From Felis catus (lineage: Eukaryota), in the NCBI RefSeq assembly GCF_018350175.1, contig NC_058368.1, positions 127,040,001-127,104,000 on the forward strand: 64,000 nucleotides of DNA, in the 5' to 3' direction. The stretch's first letter is position 1; every line of letters starts with the position of its first letter. Positions 40,096 through 53,402 of the stretch are shown piece after piece. The position numbers were made by a program, and so were the translations under genes. Below the pieces are notes generated by a model that saw nothing but the letters and a program-made list of their open reading frames with translations, was not told the DNA's origin and searched no databases.

Positions 40096-40661
40096 AATGA
40101 TTGCAGTTTAGTTGGAAAGAATGCAGTAATATCATCTAACAACTATTAATAAAATGGCAACCGGAACGATACTTGTGAAAAATGGGTAAAGCACAATTTC
40201 ACTTCTAGGACCTCACTTAGACCTATAAGGGTACCTTGATAATCTGTTACCATGCCAGGAATGTCACTGAACCCTCACAGACTCCATATCATCTAATTCC
40301 TGTACAAGAAATTGCAACCTGTATCGAGTTTTTGAGATAGTGTCATGAAAGATGGTGAGTGTTACTGGATAAATCTCCAGATGCAGAGGAGGAAATCGAC
40401 TCTATGCAGAGGCAGAATTACAAATGACAGCACAAGTCCTATTTAGAAACCTCCAGAAATTAGAAAACTAATGAACACTACAGTAAACACAAAAATGGAA
40501 TGTTCTGAGAAAATGAGCTAATGACGTATATGATCTGCAAATGTGCTTATCAGTTTTAACCATTTTCCAAGCTGTGCAGTGTCTTAAATGATATTCAGAT
40601 CTGTCTGATGTTTTCAGCGCTTGCCTCTGGTGATTAATATTCCAAAAATGGTTTAATTTTA

Positions 40662-40816
40662 GGGGCTCCTGGGTGGCTCAGTCTGTTAAGCATCTGACTT
40701 CGGCTCAGATTATGATTTCACTGCTCTTGAGTTCGAGCCCTGCATTGGTCTCTATGCTGACAGCTCGCAGCCTGCAGTCTGGAGTCAGCTGCAGATTCTG
40801 TCTCCATCTCTCTCCC

Positions 40817-40858
<42 letters not shown>

Positions 40859-40880
40859 ATAAATAAACACTAATTTTTTA
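40662..40880 (+). mobile_element. Can-SINE, antisense to PDE4D
   Basis: Head ggggctcctgggtggctcag, (CT)n; TSD tttaattttag. Confidence 0.92.
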
Positions 40881-41376
40881 AATGTTTTAATTTTAGCAAG
40901 GCCCTCCCAAGATCTCTCCAATGATATGGCAGACTAGTGCAAACATCCGTATGGTACATCAACTGGGATATGTTAAAAGTGCTATTCATTCTAATATCTC
41001 AAGATTCTCAAACTGAGTTTAAAGCACTTTGAAATATTATGAATGTTCATGTGGCTAGGTAGCTAAAAGTCAGTTTCTACATGAATATAAGCTAATGTTT
41101 TAAGTATAAATGTTTCCATTTAAATTCTATTTCTCACTTTTCTCAGACAATGTATTCTCTGGGAAAATAAATGTTTCTTTTCAAGAGTGACAGGGTACTC
41201 AAGTTAAATCTACAATTTATTTCCAGCTTGTATAATTTTACTCACTGTTCTTTCTAACATAGAGAATGATGCAGTTGAACAAATGTCATTGGTTTTATTA
41301 GATCATCAACTGACCAAATAAATGTACTTGATTTCCTATAGAAGTTCCCTCTGCCCTTTGTTCATCATTATACTTA

Positions 41377-41643
<267 letters not shown>

Positions 41644-41929
41644 TTAGGAAGTGACAGTGGGAACATTCACAGCTGATTCCGACTGTTAAAAATGATAACA
41701 TTAAAAAAACACAAAGGTTAAAAAAAATAATACACTGACTTCATATTATTGTCTTCCTTAAGTTTTGGGTACTTTTGTTAACTGACCAGATACAAGACAC
41801 AGGTCTCTGTAAACTAAAGTTAAAAAGCCATTCTACTAAGAATAGTTCTACTAAGTTTCTTTTAGGAAAAGAAGAAATACACAGTAATTCTCTAACTACT
41901 TGGGTTCAATTCAACAAGTTCCCATTATA

Positions 41930-42705
41930 TTGCCTAATACCACTGCTTCCCCAAGCCTGGGCTTTCTCTCCCTCCTGCCTATGCCCATCCAGTCACAAAT
42001 TTCTGCTGTATCCACTTCCCTCCATCCCCAATGCCAACATATTAAGTTCAGGATTTCACCAACTCTCACCTACATTATTGTAACAGACTTTAAGTTAGTC
42101 TCTTGAATCCATTTTCCACTCTGTACCATGAGTGAGTCTTCTTAAAGTATAAATCTGACCATGATTTTTGTCAGTTCAAAACCTTTTAATAGCTCACTCT
42201 TGTCCTCAGGGTAAAGTCCAAATTTCTTGGCTAGAATGACAGAGTTTTAACTATCCACTTTCAGTCAACCATTTGATTGAATCAATGCAATCAACCATTT
42301 TCTCAATCTCAACATGCAACCCTCTTCCATCAGGCACTTTATGTTCCACTCACTTAACCATCACATCCTTGTCTCAGGCCATCACTAGCTAATCTCCTGC
42401 TTCCCTGACTACTCTACTCAACCTTCCAGTCCCCTGCCTCCTTGTTACTATTCATCGAGGACTTAACATTTACCTTAAAGGCTGCCCTGATGCCCCACAC
42501 CCTTATGACATGCCTTCCTCTGTACTCCCAAGGCATCTTTCCACTCCCTATTGGTAGCATTTACAATGAACTGAAAATGCTTCCCAATTGGTCTCCATTC
42601 CTAGACTGTGAGCTCCCTGAGAATGGAAACTCTGAGTGTTCCTAGCACTTCACATGGCACTTCAGAAACCTTTTCTAAGTGGTTTGAATGGATGATTGAA
42701 TAAAT
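41930..42705 (+). mobile_element. Degraded L2
   Basis: ctagactgtgagctccctgag...cctagcac...tgaatggatgattgaataaat terminus. Confidence 0.6.
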
Positions 42706-43278
42706 GGAAGGCACTGTGCTTGGCAATACAGATTTCAGATTTGGGAAAAGACAGAGCCACAAATTTACAGTTCTCGACTCACAGACCTTACAATATACAT
42801 AAAATTTCCACAAAGAGCTCTTCTAGTCAAATATCAAGCAGTATTAAAGTCAAGTCTTAGGTGTTCTTATGAGAAGAGGGTAATAGTTCAGATAACCCAG
42901 TAAATATGTAGTGTAAAAAATTGTTGAATGAATAAACAAATGAATCAAGTTTAGCTACTATCAATCTTTTTCCCATTACAAATTTCACCCCAACTATTAA
43001 CTACCTAATTTAAAAACATTTAAAAAAAACATTCTTTTACTTTCTCCACTGGAGTTATTAATAAATAGTGTTATCCCCCCAAAATTAGAGGCCAAAGTGG
43101 AAGATCAGCAAGGGTCTTGATGTTTCATGAATCATCTATGTATCGATGACTAAATAAGAATCATTTGACTCAAAATCAATCTAACTAGTAAACAAAGAAA
43201 AGAAAAAACTCATAATCTAGCATGGACATTCATAAACAAGTTTTCCAATCTGAATTTTTTAAGAATTGCATCACTGTA

Positions 43279-43466
43279 TGGGGCACTCAGTCATTTGAGT
43301 GTTTGGCTTCTGCTCAGGTAATGATCTCGCAGTTCATTAGTTTGAGCCCTGCATAGGGTTCTCTGCTATCAGCACAGAGCCTTCTCAGATCCTCTGTTCC
43401 CCGCTGTCTCTGCACCTCCCCACTTGCACTCTCTCTCCTCTCAAAAATAAATAAACATTAAAAAAA
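43279..43466 (+). mobile_element. Can-SINE
   Basis: TSD aagaat(t/g)gcatcact. Confidence 0.9.
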
Positions 43467-44725
43467 AGAATGGCATCACTCTATAGATGTATTTATTTGG
43501 TCACAAAAGACAATGAGAGGTTGAGTTGAAAAGACTCATTTAATAGACAAAGATAGCAGCTTCTAGAAAAGTTAATGGCCAAAGTTACGGAGCTAACTAG
43601 ATTTAATCATCCACCGTTCCTGAAGCTCTTCCAGCTCTAATGAATAATTATGTAAACCATAAATGTATGTTGGCAACTGTGACATGCAAACAGGGGACAT
43701 CTGTTTCACCTGAACAATGCCTTCATGCATGTGAGACTTTGGGCAATCCTGAGGAAGGCCAGAAGGAGAAGGGATCTACAGTTATGAGAGACTTATTCAG
43801 GATCTCTGGCAAGCTCTTCTTGGCTATGCTTAAATAAATAAGTGCTTATTAAGCACCTATTATAAGCACACTGAGATACAAAAATAAAGGTGATGAGATC
43901 AATTCAAGTTGGGTTGAATCCAGACTTCTGAGAAGTTTTCATACAATAGTAGTATTTAAAGAGGGCTTTTGAAGGCATTCAGTATTCAGCTGAGAGACAC
44001 TAAAGTCCTTTGAAAAGGGGAGATTTCTGCTCTGGGGACACTGTTATGGCAGCTCTTCAGCATGAGAAGGACCTAATGTGAACACATAAGAAAACATGTT
44101 GATTTCTTTTCAGTATCAAGATGATCATACTGTTTTAAAAAGTAAAATATATTTCCCTGCCATGCATAAACAGAAATATAAGAGATATAGGAATGTGATT
44201 TTTGGTTTGGTTTTTCTCAGTTCAACTGAGTAATACCAATATAATCCCCCACATCCGTAAACTTCTGAATTTATTATTATAATTTTTCCAATTAAGTTAA
44301 GCAACTTAAATAAATTTTTCACTCTAAGTTTAGGGAAAACAGTGCTAAGTATATTGAAATATTTGATAGTCTTTATAATAATGTTATTTATTAAAACCAA
44401 GAATTTATTCATAGTTCATAAAATGCTTGATAATGGGATATTTTAGTTTTGTTATTTTTCTTTGTAAGTTGTAATATAACAATTTGTCCACTAGATGGAG
44501 ATCATTGCCTGAAAGAACATTGACTGTAAATAAAGGCCCAAACTATTTTTAAACTCAGGAAAACAATCCCTTAACTATTACCTAAAAATTAAACCTCACA
44601 ATCTATAGGAAGTGATTACTAAAAATCGATAAAATTATATTAACTAGTAAATATTAGTATAGCTTTACAGATTAGGAATGATCTAAGAAACGATCACTGA
44701 TGTTTTATTATTTACTCTTAAAACC

Positions 44726-44754
44726 AAAACAAACAAACAAACAAACAAACAAAC
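44726..44754. repeat. (AAAC)n microsatellite
   Basis: Read directly from the sequence. Confidence 0.9.
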
Positions 44755-45184
44755 TGAGAAGCTCTTTTGTTTAAAAATTAGAATTAAGGAGCTTCCTTAA
44801 GAGAAGTGATGCTTGGGACAAATCAAGGCAATACTGCTTCACCCAATGAGTAGTAAATTAACTGAGAGTTAATTTAGTCTGAAAATATAGATGGGCTCAA
44901 ACAAGCTACTTATTTTTGAAGCATAACTTTATAAACAGTGCCTAATCATGGTATTATTAATAAAACAAGAAGGTGATAAGGGTTAAGCCTATCCTTAGAC
45001 ACTGGAACCAAAGAGATCAGCTGTGAACTTCCTAAGCACATTCTTTGGCAAACACTTTCATATAATGAATCCTCTTTTGACTCACTGCCAAAAAAATGGA
45101 GTCCAAGCAAAAAGATTAGCAGAAGCTTGGGAAAGTAAGTGAAGAATTGGGGAGGGTAATAATGAGGATGGTGATACTAGTAAT

Positions 45185-45630
45185 CCTAATGATGATAACA
45201 ACAATAAAATTTTGGAACACTTTCCATGAGACAGCCATTGTGCTCTGTACCCTATATACATTATCTCATCGAATCCCCACAATAACCCTTTGAAGTAGGC
45301 TCTCTATTTTCCACTTGACCAATGAGTAATCTGAGTTACTGAGATTAAGTAATGTGTTCAACGCCATACAGTTTGTACAGGGTTTTATTTTATTTTTTTA
45401 AGATTTACTTATTTTGAGAGACAGAGAATAAGCAGGGGAGGAACAGAGAGAGGGGGACAGAGGATCTGAAGAGGGCTCTGTACTGACAGCACAGAGCCTG
45501 ATGTGGGGCTCAAACCCACAAACTGTGAGATCATGACCTGAGTCGAGGTCAGACGCTTTAACCGACTGAGCCACCCAGGCGCCCCTGGAAGTGGGTTTTA
45601 AACTTAAGCTGTCTGATTCCAGAGCCCAGG
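45185..45630 (-). mobile_element. MIR interrupted by a Can-SINE
   Basis: cattatctcatcgaatccccacaataaccct...gagattaagtaa... resumes at gggttttaaacttaagctgtctgattccagagcc. Confidence 0.7.
45382..45585 (-). mobile_element. Can-SINE
   Basis: Reverse body ending gagccacccaggcgcccc. Confidence 0.92.
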
Positions 45631-46884
45631 AGAACGGTCCCTGTGTGCATGTCTCTCCTGCAAAGCCTCCTATTATCCATTACAAAAGTATAAGAATTTC
45701 TCTGGGCTTTCTCACATGGATGGAACTTCAAACGCTAACTCTGAAATTATCATTTATACACAAGTATCTTTAACTTACAGATCTGGCATGTCAAGGCTAA
45801 TTCCGAGACTCTGCCTTTATAAGTCTCCAAATTTTGGAATTTGCCACATTTCCTATTTTTCCAATTTTGAATACAACAGTAAGGCATTAAAGAGTCTATG
45901 CTGTAGCCCATTTGGTGATCTCTTTATAAGTTTGAGAGTTCATTTGGAATAAGGAGAGTCAGTGGGTCTGCAGAGGGTCTCAGCAAATGGAACTAAGTGA
46001 GGTACACTGTTATTCCACATGTTAGCTGTCCTTCATGCAGTTCAAGGATGCATACATCTCCTAAGGGAGTTGGCTTTTACCCAGAAGGCATCTGTGGAGA
46101 AGCACCGATGTGGTTGTGGAGGGCCCCCTGTTGGGGGTGGTAATGATCAGAGCCTGTTGCAATCAGAACTGTTAAAGGCCACGTGTACTAGCACTACTCA
46201 GGACCATTCACTTCACAGGCCCGTGCCTATCTAAGGAATACACTCCACACAAAAACCAAACAGATGACAAACTGAGCACCCGGCCAAACTCCTCGCCATC
46301 TCTCCACATTGCACAATGTCAGTGGAATTACTGGCTACTTGTCCTGACCCACCTTCCCTGCAGCTTCCTCCGCTTTTCCTATGATTTGTGTCTACTGACC
46401 CTGTAATTATTTGTCTGCTTGGAGTCATTTCCCGTTCTTTGGCCTCATGCTAGACCCCGCTTCTGGTTTAAACATTTTGCATCTCTTCTTGACCATTATG
46501 TGGGCTCTCCCGCGAGCCACGGTCCTGCTATTGTCCTGGGTAAAGAGCTCATCTCAGGTAGGGACCTTTCATCCCCAGTGTGGAGCCCAAAGAAGGTGTG
46601 ACACATGAGGACTCCAGGGGAGCAGCTGCTGGATGCCCCTATCAACAGATGTCCCATTATCAAAGCATCTGTGAAGAGCTCCCAAGGGAAGACTCTGGAG
46701 AGAACATAGCAGCTGCTGAAAGCTGTAGGCTGGTGGGAACCCTGGACGCCTCCACTGATGCCAGGAACATCTGAGCGCTGCCTGTGTCACTGTGTATTAA
46801 GAACACTGGCCTCTTGACAGTAAAGATCTTATCGCTCCCTGTCCTGGAGTAGGGAAGACACCAAAAATGTTCCTGTTGAAACGT

Positions 46885-47130
46885 TACACTTGGGAGATAG
46901 AAAAAGTGGGTTAAATTTCAAATCTTGGACCTCCCGCTTTCTAGTCGTATGTTCTCGGGTAAGTTACTGTACCTCTTTAAGCCTCCATTTCTGATAAGGA
47001 TAATTGCAGTGCCTAGCTCCAGGGCCACTAAAGGGATTAGAAGAGAAAATGTTTGGAAAGCACTTAGCACCCTGCCAGGCAGCTAGTACATTCCCAGTAT
47101 TTAGCGGCTATTGTCATCTTTATTGTTATT
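46885..47130 (+). mobile_element. MIR
   Basis: gggtaagttactgtacctctttaagcctccatttct...aaagcacttagcac. Confidence 0.65.
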
Positions 47131-48942
47131 GCCCTTTAGCTTTGAGGGGGCCTCTCCATCTAGGTCATTCTCTGTACCTGCATACACTGCTTTGGGAAGA
47201 ACCTAAAGGGAAAGAAGAGAGAAAGTGGAGTGTTGGCCATCCAAGCCAATTGAATCAACCCTGGTGAGCAGTGAGGTGAGAGACGCTGGAGCCAGATTGC
47301 TCTTACAATTTTAGCGGCTTTTATGTCTCCACCCAACTCCATAATTCCAGTGTGATAACCTCTGGGGAGAGGGTGGAGACAGCTGATTTTTCTTGAGATA
47401 TTCCTCACTGAGGAGAAAGAACCATTTCCTGCTAGGAACTGTGGAAGGCACGGAGGTCCCAACAACCTGGGTGGGGATCTAGCTGAATATGATGAGAATA
47501 TAATGAGCAGAAACAGTTCCTCAGACCTGAGGTCTCCAGCCACTGGGTGTACCTCGGGGACCTCAAATCACAAGTGCATGGCTGTTTTTTTCTTATACCC
47601 GACCCTCCCGTGTACACAGTAGTCCATGCTGTTGGTTATACAATGGAAGCCATTTTGGTGCTTTGCCATTCAGAGGGGAGGTGCTTGGTTCACCTACAGG
47701 CTTAATATATGTGTAATCAGAGTTGGATAATTCGTTTAAAATATTTTTTCTCTTTATAATAAATATTTTACCCACTGTTATTCAATACCACGAGGCTATG
47801 AAACCTGTTTCTAATTAATGCCAGTGGTATTTCCCATTCAAGATTTCTCTGCAAGTCAAACAGCTTCTCTGGAGGAAAGACAACAGTGCTTCTGAAAAGT
47901 CCCCATTTTAATATTTCTTTAGTTCAGATTACCTATAGAAACGAGACTATGGAATAAAGCATTTTACAAGGATATGCACGAATGGCATTCTCTTCCAATC
48001 AATCAAAAACTGCATATCAAATTTAAAGAGGACACCCTGAGAGGACAGGGTATTTAGCCAGTCTGGCAGATTATACAAATGATGGTGGGCATTTTTGGCA
48101 TGCATCATACTTATGTTTGCATGGAGGATCAGCATTTAAGAACAGGAACATTTTACCCTTTGTTTTCACAGATAATTCTTTATAAACAAAAGCCCGGCAC
48201 GAAGGCAAAAGGTGTATGCTTGTTTATGAGGGAAAATATCAATTCATCTCCAGAAACACACGTCACTTGTGTGTGACTTGTCAACAGCACTCTCAAGTGA
48301 CACAGGACAACAAGAAGATTCTGGGTGAAAATGACAGTGCACGTCCAATGTGTGGACTGGAAGCCAGAAGGGGCAAGCTGGATGGGAGGGAGCAGGTTTG
48401 TGCCAAATGAGATGCCCAAAGGCACGTTTTTCAGGAAAACGTGTGTTAGCTCTAAAAGTTTAAAAGTGCAAACCAAGAATCGTTTTACTTGAGGTTTCTA
48501 ATTTTTCAACGGTCATGGTAAAGGAGTCTCTTCTTAAATGACATTCTGCTTGGCAAACCATCCCGAGTGGGTCCCAACATGAGCACGCCGTCGTGAGTCA
48601 GCGGCCAACCATGCAGCCGTTGACTGAGGCCCGTGTTTGCAGCATAACAAACAGTCCAAGTCATAAACGTGTATTTAACCCGAATATATGCTGAAAACGG
48701 GATGTGTCTGTTTTCACAGTTGTTGATGGCCCTTAATTTATGTAAACCAGTCATTCAGGCCTCTCTGTGAGAATAAAACAAGCAAGCAAGCTAGCCTTTC
48801 CCGTGTAACCTGTTCTCATTTGTGGGTCTCAAACTAAGAGGAACGGAAGGGATGGAGAGAGCAGCAAAGACCTGGGCATCAGAGGCAATCCCACAACCAC
48901 TCGGTTTTACCTTCCTTGTGCTGCATTTAAAGGCCTACTACT

Positions 48943-49167
48943 GGGGCGCCTGGGTGGCGCAGTCGGTTAAGCGTCCGACTCCAGCCAGGTCACGATCTCG
49001 CAGTCCGTGAGTTCGAGCCCCGCGTCGGGCTCTGGGCTGATGCCTCGGAGCCTGGAGCCTGTTTCCGATTCTGTGTCTCCCTCTCTCTCTGACCCTCCCT
49101 CATTCATGCTCTGTCTCTCTCTGTCCCAAAAATAAAATTAAAAACGTTGAAAAAAAAATTAAAAAAA
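48943..49167 (+). mobile_element. Young felid SINEC_Fc
   Basis: CpG-rich ggggcgcctgggtggcgcagtcggttaagcgtccgac; long A tail; TSD aaaggcctactact. Confidence 0.95.
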
Positions 49168-49307
49168 AAAGGCCTACTACTGCCAACCTGCTGTTTTCTG
49201 AGACAACTTCTAAGCTGTTACAGTCCCAAAATGCAGTTTTCCTCAAAAACACGACTCAAGAAAGCTAAACCCCAAGAGGGACAGTGTCCTGTTAGCAAGG
49301 GGCAGGT

Positions 49308-49418
49308 GAGGGTGTTTCTGTATTTATTTATTTTTCTGTGATACAGAGGGTGTTTCTGTATTTATTTATTTTCTGTGATACGGAGGGTGTTTCTGTATTT
49401 ATTTATTTTTCTGTGATA
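49308..49418. repeat. Minisatellite, 3 copies of a 37-38 bp unit
   Basis: gagggtgtttctgtatttatttatttt(t)ctgtgata starting at 49308, 49346 and 49383. Confidence 0.95.
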
Positions 49419-49489
49419 AGCCCATAGTGGAAAACTGATATTTAATGGTGTGCCCCCTACGTCTCCCACACACGCGTTTCTTCTTTCTC

Positions 49490-50960
49490 TTGCAGACAGA
49501 GAAGTACTGCAAACATATAATCAGATCTCTGCTACCATGGCTCACCATCCTCCAATGGCTTCCTGTTTTATTAATGGTGACTATCTTCACAGGGGCTTAT
49601 GGCCTTCCAACAGTGATCTAGGCCCCAGAGGCCTATCTAATCTTCTCCTGTACCTCTTTCCCTCTTACTCACTCTGCCTGATTCTCTGAGCCCCTGGCAG
49701 TTCTCTGAACACATGGGGGCACTCCCTCCTTGAGGCCTTTGCTCCTGGAGTTCCCTCTACCTCCAGTATTCTTTACGGAGACATCAGCTCAATGGCACCT
49801 TCATGAAGAGATATTCCCAGGCTACTCTATTTAAAATTGTCACCCTCACCTCCTAGCCTTTTCTAGCCTCCTAGTGGGAGGAACCATTGTACACATTGGT
49901 GGGAATGTAAATAGGTGTGGCCACTATGGAAAACAGTTTGGAGGCTCCTGAAGAAATTAAAAATTGAACTACCATATGTGATCCAGCATTCCCACTTCTG
50001 GGTATATTCCCAAAGGAAATGAAATTGCTATCTGGAAGAGATATGTGCATCCCCGTGTTCATTGCAGCATTATTTACAATAGCTGAGTCATGTAAACAAC
50101 TGAAGTGTCTTCTCAACCGATGACTGCGTAAAAACAATGGAACATTATTCAGCTATATAAAAAAGAAGGAAATCCTGCCCTGTACAACAATATGGATGAA
50201 ATTTGAGGGCATTATGCTAAGGTGAAACACATCAGAAAGAAAAAGTCAAATACTGTATGATTCCATATGTGGACTCTAAAAAAAAAAGAAAAAAACCTCA
50301 CAGATACAGAAAACAGATTGGTGGTTGCTAGGGGCAGAGGGACGGTAGAGGAAATAACAAAGGAGGTCAAAGGCTACAGACTTCTAGTTCTGAGAGAATG
50401 CAAAGTGCAACATAGTGACTACAGTCATGGCAGAGTATGAAATATTTGAAGACTGCTAAGTGTAAATTTCTAAAGCTCTTGCCACACACACACACACACA
50501 CACGCACATGCACACACACACATACATCCACAGGTTGTCACTATGTGTGCTAATGAAAGTGTTCACTAACCTCATGTTGGTAACATTTTATATATAAGAA
50601 GTGATTAATATATATAAAATCACTACACTGTACACCTTAAGCGTATACAATTTTTTATGTGAATTATCTCAGTAATGCTGGAAAAAAATTCACTTGCCAG
50701 AAAATAGTTAAATAATACGCTATCCTAATCTCTTGGCTCCTAGCTTCCTTTTCTTTCTTTTTTTTTTTCCTCCACAGCATTTAACAGCCGCTGATAAGCT
50801 TTATTTACTTATTTTGTTAATTTTACTCTCCTCATTAGAATGTAACCTCTCAAAGTGCAAAGATTTTTTATCTGTTTTGGTCATTAGTATATCCCCAGCA
50901 CCTAAAATAATGGCTGGCACATAGTAGTTGCTCAATAAACATCTGTATTGTGAATGCATT
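49490..50960 (+). mobile_element. L2 (about 49490-49870 and 50720-50960) split by an L1M 3' fragment (about 49872-50690)
   Basis: L1: tacacattggtgggaatgtaaa...gccactatggaaaacagtttggagg...tgtacaccttaa; L2 end: ctggcacatagtagttgctcaataaac. Confidence 0.8.
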
Positions 50961-51182
50961 AATATCTTTAGATGCAGCACTACTTACTATACCCTCATTA
51001 TTTACCATGGTTACCTGTGTGGCTCTATTCCAAATGGACTTTATTATTGTATTTCATTTTGGCCAGGAATCAGTCACTCTTTTTAAAGAAAGAACCCTAT
51101 CAACTAATGAGATTGATTAGTTCACTTGAAGAAATTATCTGGAAAGGCATTTAAAAGCGTGGGGTTTTAAAAGGCATTTTCA

Positions 51183-51410
51183 GGGGCGCCTGGGTGGCGC
51201 AGTCGGTTAAGCGTCTGACTTCAGCCAGGTCACGATCTTGCGGTCCGTGAGTTCGAGCCCCGCATCGGGCTCTGGGCTGATGGCTCAGAGCCTGGAGCAT
51301 GTTTCCGAATCTGTGTCTCCCTCTCTCTCTGCCCCTCCCCCGTTCATGCTCTGTCTCTCGCTGTCCCAAAAATAAATAAATGTTGAAAAAAAAAATTAAA
51401 AAAAAATAAA
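51183..51410 (+). mobile_element. Young felid SINEC_Fc
   Basis: 15-bp TSD taaaaggcattttca (51168-51182 and 51411-51425). Confidence 0.95.
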
Positions 51411-51474
51411 TAAAAGGCATTTTCATATGCATTATTTTGAATATCTTTCTGTCTGACTCCCAATCAGCCATAGA

Positions 51475-51690
51475 TGCAGGGTCAGGATCCAGGTTTTGTG
51501 GCACATGAAGGTTATACAATTTTGAGAGTCTGTTCTGGAAAAATTAATACAAAAACAAAATCTTACTTTCACAAATTTTATAGAACCTATTACTAGGTGA
51601 TGCTGCTAGTGCCCCTCCCTTCTAGAACTTAGAAAGGGCCCAGGCCAGTGAGGGTCTCTGAGTTTGATGTGCATTAATTTCCCAGTTGAT
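51475..51690. mobile_element. hAT-Tip100-type (ORSL/MamRep-like) relic
   Basis: ggatccaggttttgtggcacatgaaggttatacaatttt...aagggcccaggccagtgagggtctctgag. Confidence 0.5.
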
Positions 51691-51814
51691 GTGCATGTGA
51701 GGCAATGACAGAGTAGGAAAAAGAAAGGAAAAACAATAAAATGACTGAAATTGAAAATGTAACACTGTATTTTTTCATAACAGGTGAATTATTCTAGAGG
51801 TTATTTTTTCTTCA

Positions 51815-52050
51815 TCCTTTTTTTTTCTTTTTTTTTTTTTAAATTTTTTTTTACATTTATTTATTTTTGAAAGACAGAGAGAGAGCACAAGTAGGGGAGG
51901 GGCAGAGAGAGAAGGAGACATCGAATCCAAAGCAGGCTCCAGGCTCTGGGCTGTCAGCATAGAGCCCAACATGGGGCTCAAACTCACGAGCCATGAGATC
52001 GTGACCTGACCGAAGTGGGACGTTTAACCAACTGAGCCACCCAGGATCCC
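51815..52050 (-). mobile_element. Felid Can-SINE
   Basis: Poly-T, reverse body; TSD tcttcat(c/t)cttttt. Confidence 0.92.
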
Positions 52051-52530
52051 CTCTTCATTCTTTTTTTCTATTTATGTATTTATTGTTCAAATTTTCATAC
52101 CTTACTCATATTTTTCAGGGTTTTTCTTGCTATTTGCACACTTATGCTTCCAAATTAGTGATTATCAGCTGTCCTGGGGGAGTGAGGAGTGATTCCACCA
52201 GGTAGGGCATTAGAATCACTTTGATGGTCTGAAAAGGGATGTTCTTTAAACCTTACCTGTCTCACAGAGATGATGATTATCTTTTTGAGAGGCAGGCTTT
52301 TCAAATGGTGTTCTTAGTCTCATTCCTAGCTACTCATGTATTTAGACTCATCAAAAATGATTTCCAAATGGTTTAATTGAATGAGTAAGGATTATTAAAT
52401 TATGAATTCCTTGTGAAAATACTTACCATTTAAAATGTTATATATGAATTAGATTAAGTCTAAGCAAGACTAGAACTGAAAACAGAAACTGGAAAAGTTC
52501 TCCTAGAATTGCTTTTAAAAAATGTAACCT

Positions 52531-52683
52531 TGGGGCACCTGGGTGGCTGGGTTGGTTAAGTGTTGATTCTTGATTTCAGATCAGGTCATGATCTCAAGGT
52601 TCCTGGGATCAAGCCCCACATCAGGTTCTGTGCTCCCAGCTGCTTGGAATTCTCTCTCTCCCTCTCTCTTTGCTCCTCTCCCA

Positions 52684-52735
<52 letters not shown>

Positions 52736-52755
52736 ATAAATAAACATTTAAAAAA
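52531..52755 (+). mobile_element. Can-SINE
   Basis: Head ggggcacctgggtggct, long (CT)n, A tail. Confidence 0.92.
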
Positions 52756-53402
52756 TATATAACCTAAATCTGAACTTTTTCCACTAATGGATATGGAAAC
52801 TCAAACACCATGTTTTTTCCTGAGTCTGGGCTCTCCCTCATACAGGTCAGGAAACAATTTACCAGCCATACTATTAAATCTATTTTGGAGAAGTGATATT
52901 ACTCCATTTCCAACCTCAATGATCCAAACAGATGGGTTTTTCCAGTTTAATGGGAGTAGAAGAGAACAGAGACGGGCTTCAGGGAGCTGTGGGGCCTGAA
53001 TTAGACACCATTTCTTCAATGCTACCAGGGTAAAGCAATTATAAGAATATTATCCTATGATGGTCATAAACAAGCACTCTCTTCTGCAATTCTTTAAAAA
53101 TGGATCACGGAGAATAAAATACTGACACCAAACAGCACACATATCATTGTGCTATGGGCACAGTGAAATTAGATTTCCTTTGTGATTTCTTATATTGAGT
53201 GAATTGTACGTGCTTACAAACGATCCTTCAAAGATTTTAAGACATTGGGATGGACAGCCCACAAGCTGTGAGATCCACTTCCACAATGATTTTAAAGAGT
53301 AAAGATATATTTTATATTTCTTTGAAATGGTTTGGTATGGAATCTGGACTAAAGACAAAACAGCCCTGGAAAAGCACAGAATTCAATAATCATGACCGTG
53401 AA

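Noticed and set aside
49308..49418. Direct repeats of CRISPR-like length
   Set aside because: Units are head to tail with no spacers, the context is eukaryotic and there are no cas genes; it is a minisatellite
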